Source of the DNA: Lytechinus pictus
Taxonomy: Eukaryota
Length of the DNA: 64,000 nt
Assembly (NCBI RefSeq): GCF_037042905.1
Contig: NC_087246.1
Location: 12,400,001-12,464,000 of the forward strand
Direction: 5' to 3'
This document shows, one piece after another, positions 49,733 to 61,000 of the stretch (its first letter is position 1; the number at the start of each line of letters is the position of its first letter). The position numbers and the translations under genes were made by a program. The notes beneath the pieces were generated by a model. That model had not been told where the DNA came from and did no database searches. It saw only the letters and a program-made list of their open reading frames with translations.

Positions 49733-51549
49733 CAGTGCGTCCCAAAAAAAACTATACACTTTTGAAATGGCTGCCAAATAAAAAATGTAGCACTTTGGGG
49801 GAAAAGACTTACATATATAGAAAGCCAATAAAGTCAACTTTTAAATAACACCAAAAAGTTGGAAAAACTATTCATGCTTGAGCGAGCACTGCCCACTGAA
49901 ACAAAGGGTATGAAAATTAGGGTGGGCTGGAATTAGCCTTTCAACTTATGTCAGTTTTTGAGAGGCAAATCCTTTCGAACTTGCAAAGTTAAGGGCGTTG
50001 TGATAAATTAATGATCAACCGTGACCAGTTTTGGTTGCTTAAGCAATTTTTTTAAATTATTAAATTGAACTTTAATGCATGAGTGAACATAAATTACACT
50101 TTCTGGGCAGCATTTCAACTTTATCATTTGGATCTCTTTTGGGGCAGCATTTCAACTTTATTATGTGGATATCAGCAATGTGTTCATGGGTGTCGGAAGA
50201 ATAGGGGGGGGGTAGGACTTAAGTGGGAGAAGTAGGTTGATGGAACAAGGGTCAACAGAACATTCAGCCCCCGCCCCCTCCCTCTTTCCCGCCCCCCCCC
50301 TCCTGTTGAGAGACTGATGGCTATTGTCATGTACAAGTGAAGTCCAGAGCAGAATGTTGATTTAATGATTAATTCTGAATTGGGGCATCAACTTTTTCCT
50401 ATCAATCATTCAATCAACAATTCATCAGTAAATCAACTCATTCAATGTGCAATGTGACCAATCAAACATTCGTTTTTTTCAATAAATTACTTCATTAATC
50501 ACCATAATCATTAAATTTCTTGGTAATCATTAAATAAAAAAAACTGACCATCAGCCACCGGTCACTTGGCAGTTAAGTTTTGAATAGGCTACAATCCATG
50601 AAATGAGACAGAGAAAGAGAGAGAGGGGGGGGGGGCTGGGAAATGGAGGTGGAGAGGGGAGGGTACATATGACTTTTAATTTGTAAAAGGACAAAATGAA
50701 GAGGAATGCCCTTTTAACCAAGTCTTAGCAAGTTAGCATATCTCGGCCTGTTGCTTGTAACATGTACCATCACATTAATCTGACTCGCACGAATACACTT
50801 CTGAGGTCCACAAGATGAATATGCTACACTAAAATTACAATTCCTGTTCACTCATGCATAACATTTCAATTTAGTAACTCATGAAATTTGCCTAAGAAAC
50901 CAAACCTTATCTCACTCATAAATAGCAGAACACCCTTAGCTTTGTAAGTTCCAAAGGACTAACCTCTCAAAAAAACTGTAAGGCTAATTCCTGCCCAGCC
51001 TAGTCAAGCTTAGTCTCTCAAGAAGTGGGGGGAGGGGGTAGAGATGGAGGGAGGGGTTGCTAAATGTTCTGTTGACCGTTATACCATCAACGTACTACAC
51101 CTACCTACATGTAAGTCATATTACCCCCCTCTTCTGACTGTCATGAATACATTGTTGAGATCCACATGATAAAGACAAAATGCCGCACTAAAAATTGCAA
51201 TTCATGATCACTCATGCATTACATTTCAATTTAATAATGCACTACATTTTCACAAACAACAATCTGATCACATCTGATCTCTTATTGACCAAATAACCCT
51301 CAACTTTGCAAGTATCAAACAAAAAAACCTGAGAGAAATTGGAAGGCTAATTCCGGCCCACCCTAATTTTCATACCCTTTGTTTCAGTGGGCAGTACTCG
51401 CTCAAGCATGAATAGTTTTTCAACTTTTTGGTGTCATTTGAAAGTTGACTATATTGGCTTTCCATATCTATAAGTCTTTTACCCCAAAGTGCTAAATCTT
51501 TTATTTGGCAGCCATTTCAAAAGTGTATAGTTTTTTTTGGGACGCACTG
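49733..51549 (-). mobile_element. 1.8-kb non-autonomous Tc1/mariner-like element, copy B (inverted relative to copy A)
   Basis: Same CAGTGCGTCCC...GGGACGCACTG ends with TA flanks (49731-49732, 51550-51551); interior is the reverse complement of 41309-43117 with scattered substitutions. Confidence 0.9.
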
Positions 51550-52810
51550 TATTTTGTCTTCTTCCAGCTCCCCTCTTATTTTCTTTTTTTTTCTAACTCT
51601 TCCTCTCTCTCTTTCTCTAACATCATTAAATAAGGACAATATCCCCCTTAACCATCTTTTTAAGAATTTTGTATTAATAAATCTCTATAATTGTGTTCCA
51701 ATGTGCCTAGAAGCCTCTTTATGTAATAGTCAAGACTTCTGATATGAATTACAAATAATTAGTAAGAATGACTTGTACGTGGTGCCTGTGGAATAGTTCT
51801 TACATTATGAAGATGATAGCAAAGGGTTTGAAGGTACACTGCACTGATCATACATACACACACCAATCCCTAAGGTCCACTTTCATTATAACTATAATGC
51901 AAAATACCATCTTAAATGAAGTAAAACACATAATGACCCTTTGATGTTGACCACAACAGCATTTATTCAATCATTGTGGCACATTCCTTTGCCTGTAGCA
52001 CAAGAGATTTGATTATACTTAGAAAACACTTTACATTGTTTTTATTTAATACAAACAATCTCAATTCATATATATCCATATAATGGTAAGAGGAATAAAT
52101 AATATTTATAATTGAATCATTTGGTCTTCCTGTGAAGAACAGTACAGGAAAACAGTTTTCAGAAATATGAGTCACTCGTCAAAATGACAGATATAATAAT
52201 TACAAAGAAGGCAAGCCCCAAAATATAGACCATAATTCCACAAAAAGCAGCTGGAATAGTTACATTTAGGTGGGATAAAATAAAGCAACATATGAAGATT
52301 AATTAGATTTTATAGTAGAATGTAATTATCAAAAGAATATATGTTCATGAAGAGTAATCAATTTTCTGCATTCCTTCATGAACATGGATAATCAGAAAGA
52401 TAGCACATATCATGTTCATATTTTACATACTAAAAATACATGTACATATTTCAGAAAAGAAACTAGAAAGTATGTAATCATATGAGATAATTCATAATCA
52501 CAAATAGAGTTAATATCCCAATAAATAAGAAGGAAACTGCAGTTCAATAGGGTAGCATATATGATATGTTTCCTAATATTGAATATGGTAAAAATATGAT
52601 TATATTGGAAGATTTCAAGCTTGGTGTCAACAGCTGGTATATGTTGGGCCAATTTTCAAACCAGCCACAGCTCAAAACTGTAAAGAAGGCTCTTGCTAGG
52701 AATCGCTACGTGATGAGATATCAGTTATCTTGTCAGTATCATTTTAAAATGATTTGTCATTCTTTGAAGGATACAGGTTTCATTCATACATTGATGAAAC
52801 AAGGAGACCT

Positions 52811-52942
52811 GGGGGCCATAACACAAAGCTTAGCAATCACCGTAGAATATTTTTTGTACTGATTGATTGTATTGTCTACAATGTACAATCAATCGTGAAA
52901 GTCAGGTGTACGTTTAATCACTAACCTTTGTGTTATGGGACC
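52811..52942. mobile_element. Short MITE
   Basis: Inverted ends CCATAACACAAAG / CTTTGTGTTATGG with partial internal fold-back. Confidence 0.6.
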
Positions 52943-55931
52943 AATCTTACAAACCAACTGGAACATGGTAAGCAAAGTGTATTTCTCATTAGCATTACCT
53001 AAAGTTGAAATACCTTGATTTTGATAAGAATTTTATTGTTGAACACGTTTCCAGGGCAAATGGTATATATTGTACTTTGCTATTAATGAAAGTATTTCTA
53101 ATAAATTACATTTATAGTTTATGATATGAAAAATCTTGAGATTGGATTTTAGCTCTTAATAGAATTATGCATAACATTACAATTATTTATGAATTGGGTT
53201 CCAGGTGCATTAGTACTTCTAGAAATAAATAAAATGACAAAATTTACAATCCAATAAAAAGAATACATATAGTACACTTGATATAAACAGATCAAATAAT
53301 CAATTCACCTTGAATATACCTTTGGACGGAGAATAACAAGCAACAGACTAGACCATAACCACACACAGTACCAGCAGAATAACACATAAGCCCATGATTT
53401 AACCAAGATCACACATATACCAACAATATAACTGTGCATGCAGATGTCCTAGATTTCATATGCTGCCAATATATAAGAGACTTGAATGTCTTTTTAGAAG
53501 ATATTTGGATATTGAAATATTGATTGAGAGAAAATTGCAAGATTTCTTCAATAAATTTCCAGTTCTAAAGAAATTCCATTTGCCTATTCTCTGAATAAAA
53601 TGCACCATATTGATGCATGTTCACCGCAAGATTTATTTTAATACAATCTTCCCCTGAATTAAATAAATGAATGAATTAATATTTAAAATGAAGTTGTTTT
53701 AATACAAAAGGGCAAATATTTTTATCTGGCTGTTTTTACTATCTCATTACCATATGAGCCTGTTGTAAATCATTATTGTAATAATGTTGCATATCCAGTT
53801 TTCCTTGACTTTTGATTACATACCATGCCCATTTAACCCCCAAGTTAATATTTCAATCTATAAATAAGATATCTCAAATCTTGAAATTAAGACTTATACT
53901 CTAGTGCAAAACCCACAACAATTAAACTGAAAGCACAAAGAAAAACTCTTTAATAAGAAAAAATAAGCATTAAAAAAAAAGGTTTGAATTATAAATATAA
54001 ATGCTCTTTAGCATTATATTACCAATGTATATACACCTAGTTTTAATATGAAAAATGTCGGCTATAAAGATGTGAATTTGGTTTAAATGAGCAACATTTC
54101 ATTTATGTACATATTTACAGTAATAATATAGTATGTACATCAGGTGACATATATTTGCACACTTATAATACAATTATATCGATTTGAATTCATTTTTTTT
54201 AATAAGTTAATTTTAAACATCATAAATGGAAGCATTGAACCAAACAATACTTGAATACAACTATGAACACAGTGGCTGCAAATTTGAGGTTAAAAACCAA
54301 CAAGGGAGTACATATGCAAAAAATTGCAGATATAATAATGTAGAACAAAAATGTGTCCTAAAAGAAGGCAGAGTGTAAAAATATAGGAATTACTGTTGAC
54401 AATTACAGTAAAAATCAAGCAAAATAACATGGAATGCATTTATAAAAGGAAATTAATCATCACACAGGCACTTGTAAATTTATTTAAGATACTCCTGAAT
54501 AATCTGTCTTATATGCCATATACTAAGAACTAAACTCAATGACAAAGTAATATTCACCTGATGAATGTCTACTGTGTGAAAGGTCCTGTAATTCATATGA
54601 ATATTAAAAGGGACGTTCAATCTAGCATGAAGTCGTTTTCATAGAAGCAGAAAAACAGAAGAAATGCATTAGTAAATATTTGGTGAAAATCTATCCAAGA
54701 AAAAAATCTATCAAAAATTAACAGAGTTATGGACTTAAAATCACATGCGAACAGCTCAACTTTTAATGTGATGCAAATTACAGAAAATGTGATTTTTTTC
54801 CTCCCCCAAAATATCTGGAATGATTTAGGCTGTGCATTCATTATATCATCGGATCACAAGAAAATGGTGAGAGCGTGCATTGTCTAAAGGAACTTATGAA
54901 AGTTAAATCCCTGCGTCATTATAAAACAAGTGCATTGTATTTCAGCATATTCAAGATTTATCTTACCCTAGCAACATTGCCCAAAGGCATGTTCATACTG
55001 AATTTACCATATAATGAGTTGCACATTAAATTCATTTAGATGAGGAAAAAGGTATATAATAACTAAAATGATATCGACCAACATATATTGTTCAAAAGAT
55101 CATAGTAATCCAATGGAATAAGAGGCTTTTATGACAATAATAACCAACTGGAATGAAATCATCAATGTAAAGTTTAGTTTAGAGGCTGTTTTAAAGAAAT
55201 AACAAACTTTTATTGAGTTTGGAAATTGCATCCTGAGAAGTTACATTTAAAAGATCCACAAAAACGTTCTTTGTGAGAACTAATTTTGAATTGTGTCTTT
55301 TATGTATAGTTCAAAACTGTTTCATATCTATTATTCATATAAAAGAAAATAAATCACAGACCCAATTTCGAAACCAAATGTCAAGTCAGAAAATGTTTTT
55401 ATAAAACACCCATAGAAAAACTTTATTCAAATGGGTCAAAATTCAATGGAGAGTGAGATCTTTAGCTTGTGAAATGTTGACCTATATAAAAATTTGTTGG
55501 CAACTATGCAACTCGTGGAAAACTGTTATTGAGCACTTATTTTATATCTGTGGTTGTTTGTCTTTGGTAGTGTCTGAGGGCACATATTTTTTTGTACACA
55601 TTCACCAATATATACCACCATATGTAACATATAAAATGCAGTAACATGTTTCTTTTTCATCACACTCATATTTTCACATGAATAATTATTCCTTTCTTAG
55701 CAACAAGTTGACCTTAATTCTAACAAATTGCTCATGAATAGCTCAAGAAATTGTTCACAGAGCTATAGTCTTAAAGAGCATTTGCCACACTATCAACACC
55801 ATCTTGAAGAAGTCATGCAAGCGATTCAATACTGTTCATATTTGTGTTTCAACTGAGGGTGGGTATGTGTAAGTCATATTTTGCACACAATGCACAACAA
55901 TACATCATCTGTAATAAGAGTGTTTTCTTTG

Positions 55932-58015
55932 CTAGCAAGGGGAAGACTGGAATACCCTCTGGCCAACAATCTTGCGTTCCCCATCTTTGGTCATTACCGT
56001 ATGATCCCTCGGTGAGGCTAGAGGTGAGCGGATGCCTCCATTCATCATAGGTCTGTTTGGGGACTGAGGTGTACGTGGGGACATGGTGAGACCTAGACTG
56101 TCTGTTGAAGCATTACTGTCCAGGCTTCCTTGTCGGGCAGTGGTAAGCTGTCGGGGCGGTGTCTGCCTGTTTGTAGACCCTCCTGTTGGTACATGTATCA
56201 CGCTTTGAATGGAGGATGTGGATGAGTAGAGGCTACTGTTAGTACTGAGGGCGCTGCCGGGTCGTCTACCAATATTCTGACCTGATGAAAGCTGGGTGAA
56301 TGGTGAATTGCTGGAGTGATCTGAACTATTATTGGGACTTGGATTTAGATTCTTTTGGCGTGACAGCATGACTTGTTTGTAGTCTGGTGGTGAAGAGTAG
56401 TTGATAGGCTTGGTTAGTGGCAAGGTGGACTTGTTATGAATGGAATGACTGTTGTATGGTGGGGTCTGACGGCTGCTGTCAGGATCACTCGAAATAGAAC
56501 TACGAGTGTAATCTGAACTCTTGTCACTACTATCACTAGTCCTTGATTCTCTTGAATGACTATTATTGGGTCTATATGGTATTGGTCCAAAAGTAGTTCT
56601 TGTGGGACCATTACTAGAGTTGGTCCCTTGTGGATTAAATCCATTAGTCGTATGAGGAATGCTACCATTTGGCTTGGAATGGGTGCTTTGGTTATTAGCT
56701 GTCAAATTACGAGACTTGTCAAAGAGAGGTTTAGCTTTGATAGGAGGCGGAGGCTTCCTGCCCGCCTTCTCCAATCGTCCAACCAATGAAGTGGTAGGGG
56801 CCGACATGCTCTCTGCATTAGCTGTGTGATGCTGTATCTTACTCTCCACCACTGTTGCAGAAACAGGATTATTGACCTTAGCAGCACTGTTATTGCTAGT
56901 GGTGGCGCTGTTGTTATTGTTGCTGGAAGTACTGTTGAATTTGGTCTCTTGTTCCAAGGGGCTGGCTCGATCCTGGCTGCTGTTTCTACGAAGCTTCTCC
57001 CTGTTGTGCTGGAGATCAGAATATTGCTGCATGCGTTCTACAGCAGTCATGTGCTTCATGGTGTCCTTCAGAATCTTCATGGCAATGTTCTCATGACCAA
57101 GGGTCTGCAGAGGGGATGTCCTGTTTTTTTGCCTGGCACCCTTAGTAGTACTATCAACACTGTCAGTGCTACTTTGTCGTCTTGCCCTTCCAGCTACGGC
57201 TGATTTTCCTGATGGGCTGTTGCCCCTGCTACTATTCTTTGAAGTCGGTCCCAGACTGGTAGAAGCTGCATTTGGCAAGAAGACATCTCCTGGTGATGGT
57301 GACCTACTGGGCCTGTTTACTACAGGCTTCCCTCTGGCTGTCGGACTCATCCGTCTCAAAGCAGCAAGAGTATAGCCACGCTCACTGACAATGTCATCAG
57401 TCTCATCAATGAATGCAGGATTAACTGTCCCTGCAACAGGTGAATTTGTGCCTCCAATCAACGATTCTCTCGATGACCTCTGAGAACTGATGGACACGGG
57501 ACTTTCAGCCTTCAGCGTCAGTGGCGGTGGCACCGATTCAGGACTAAAGGCATTCTCATCCTGCAGGAAGGCCAAGACCTCTTGAGGAATACCTAGATGA
57601 CCCAACCGCTTATCACTCTTGTTGCTATCACTCTCCTTCCGCCCTTCAGGAATAGGAGGTGGACTTGGAGACACAGGTGACAACTCTGGATTGTGCAAAC
57701 CCATTGAACTCAAGCTGGTATTGGAGAAATCTCCTCTCCAGTTATGCGCCTTTGGGGTGGATGTTGTTGCATGAAGGTGATTCTGTCTGCCTTCCTTGAC
57801 ACTTCTCATCATGGATCTCGATGAAACCTTAGGGGGTTTGGACACCGGCACATCTCCTGATTTGAGGGAGTGACTGGAGATGATTGATGTCCCTGACATG
57901 GCTGACATAGAGAACCCTGACATACCAGACATTGAGGTACCCGATGTCTCCGAGTTCAAGCTCTCCATCGAGGAGAAACTCTCCAAGGGCAGGGTCTTAG
58001 GAGCTTCTGACGGAT
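55932..58015 (-). CDS. TTC28: TTC28 last exon (694 codons, Ser/Pro/Asn-rich, likely disordered)
   Basis: Acceptor CAG at 58018-58016; NPSEAPKTLPLESFSSMESL...RVFQSSPC, TAG at 55934-55932. Confidence 0.92.
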
Positions 58016-61000
58016 CTGTAGAGGTACAAAAAGATGAATTCTTCAGAGTTCAAAGTTTTTAATCTTATTTTAGACTTTAAAAAAACATTGATTTTGTTGA
58101 ATATGATATATATCTTAGCACCTATCGACCAAGACAACATAAAAAGATAATCTTGATCCTGCATAAAACAGCAGTTATCAATGGTGACCAGTTCATACCT
58201 ACTGAATGATACATGCTGACCACTGACATGATATTAATAAGCCTTGCACATATTACCTTCTTGTCAACAGATCACAACAACAATGCCAAATATCATGCTT
58301 AAAGGTCCTATGAAATACAGCAAAGATGCTGATTTATTTGTTAGCTTAGTGTTTACTAATAACGATTCCATCAAAATTTTACCCGAAAAACATCCCACAT
58401 CAGGTTCAAAGGCAGTTTTATATTGAAAATTGAGCCAAATTCGCCATGCCCACAAAAATTCAGCCCGATTTGGTTTCGCATATCACGTGACAATTATGAC
58501 GTCAGGGGAAGAATCTGCTGAGTGTTGCTGACGTTTGGAGCGTGAAGTGCCTATTGTGGTTGCACGTGTGGATTCAAAGTAAATAAATTGAATTGCTGGA
58601 ATAATATTCAGAACCTGAATCTTCAAAGTATGAAGAATCAGACGCAGCTGATGACGATGCTGCAGCCATGATCAAAACCTCATAAAAATCTTAAAAATCC
58701 GTTAAGGATGAGTTCGGTCGAAACAGCAACTACACAAGAAACATGTGCAATAACTAGGGGTCCGGCTGCACAGCTGAGAAAGCTTTCTTTCGATGACATC
58801 ACGATGATTGACAGGTCAATGGGCCGACTTTTTCAAAAATTTTAGTGGGCGTTCAAGTAGAAGTTCATTTCCATGGAATAACTCAACACCGGTTCGTCAT
58901 ACACAGAAACCGATGGCAAATTCGTATTTTTCAAGTAAAACTACCCAAGAATAGATATATATCCAAAATAAGATGGTTTTTGTGTCATACATGTAGGACC
59001 TTTAAGTATAGTTGTACAAGTGACATTTTGAAATGTTTATTTTTTACAGATGACATACTGCAAACGTGCTAGATACAGCAAAAGGTGTTATGTGCATATT
59101 GAATTCTGAATGCTGCAGTTCATTCATCAATGACAGGTTGTTGGAAACTTTGTCATTCGATCCCACGAAGAGAACCAGGAATAATATGCTTGTTGGATAT
59201 ATAAAAATGTATTCATGAATGAACTACTTAGCTTGACAGATAATGTAAAGCTAATTATGAACTGGTCTCCGGACATGATTTGTGACAGAAATGGTATCTG
59301 TGATAAGATTAAGAATGAAGATACTTTAAGTAGTACTTACTAAAGATAGCCAGTAATCCCTGTAAGGTGTAATGGATGAATCTTCTACTGACTTGTTTCC
59401 TAGTGATGAGAAGAACTTCCTCCGGTCCCATGTCTATCACATCAAACCCTGCACAATACAAAAGATAAGAAAGAAATTTGTAGGTTCATTCAAACATAAT
59501 TGCCAAGAACATGCTTCGAGTGAAAGCAATTGAAATACTTGGTCAATTCTGGTCCACAGTTTATGTCTTTGTTGAAATATCTTGGGGTTTTACACACCCA
59601 TTGAGGATGCATTATCAAACTATTTTGAATATCCTCATTGGCAGGTAAAGATGTTTGTGTGCAATCATCATGAACTGTACTGAAGTATAATGTAATGATT
59701 TTGGGGTGGTAACATTAATAGATAAGCTTGATATTTACAAATGATTATAAATTTTTTTTCTATACGGCTTGCCATGGATACACAACTACTCTTAATTGTA
59801 CAACTAATCAACTTTATTATGTTACAGGATTCTAGTGTGGGATATTCATTGCGCATGATTCTACTAGGATGGATGTGATGTCAAAGAGCCTCTCAGTCAT
59901 ACTGACTAAAGTATAATATCAAGTTTATAATTGAATTTGACTTTAGTAAATTTCTAAAACAAATGAATATTAATATCTAAATGGATCCTAGTACTGAGTT
60001 GAATGTTGGCTCGGAGACCAAAGGTTTTAGGTCCTTTTAGAGGGACCTGGTCAAATGATGATGAGACCACTATTCTACCAACTGAGCTATTGTGCCTCCT
60101 GTTTAGTTAAATAGTCTGGGGTAGAGGCCAGAAAGCGAGTTCCATGTCAAAAGGCCACTGTAGAAAACCATCTCCCACGGACTGTAGACAAGTGGCTCAG
60201 CCTGAGGCCAAGGCCAAGGTGGGCCTGAGGTTAAGGCGAAGGCTGGCTTAGACTAAATTCCTGCTAGTAATGTGTAAAACGCCAAATGAGCAGAACCTTG
60301 GTCATACTAATCAGGTTAAATAATCAACAAACATGACCTCACCTAATGAAGATAGGAGTTCATGACACCCCGGTGTCTGCCACAGCTTAACGTTGACTGG
60401 TAGCTGCATACCCCCTTCTCCATCTCTACTGTACTTGGACTGCACATGCTGGAGCTATGGACAGGTTAGAATGAGAAAGGGTAACCATTACATAATCCAT
60501 CCAGGAACATACTATGCAATATATATTGTTTTCTAGTATTGTTACATTTTTTATTGCCATTTATTTTTGCTGAAAGAGATAATACTACTCAAGAACTTAT
60601 ATGAGTAAAGTATGGATATGGTCATAATTGCATTAGGATATTTTGAAATATGTAGTTTGCAACAAGATAAACATGGCACATTTTTAGAAATAGTATAGAG
60701 AGGGCATTGGTATACTAGTACTGTTTGGTAAAGAAAAATCATTTAATGGCAATCTTGGGCAAATTGCAGGTAAGCACACGGCACGTTTCCATACAATACC
60801 ATATTTTGAAGCATGATCCAAAAGAACGATTTTTTGTGCCTGATCAAAAATAAAAATAGTGTGTATGCATTCAACAACCTTTTTTTTTTTTACCTCAAAA
60901 TATTATGTACATGGTAAACTTCAAAATTTGTAATCATTAAGATAAATGGGTCAAAGGTGCATATAAGTATTTCAGTGCAATTTATATGATTGTACAATAT

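Noticed and set aside
55844-58062. Several short + strand and alternate-frame ORFs
   Set aside because: Shadows of the TTC28 last exon; no independent support.
60040-60092. Minus-strand tRNA-like A box (TAGCTCAGTTGGTAGAA)
   Set aside because: No intact B box or cloverleaf; at most a very decayed SINE head.
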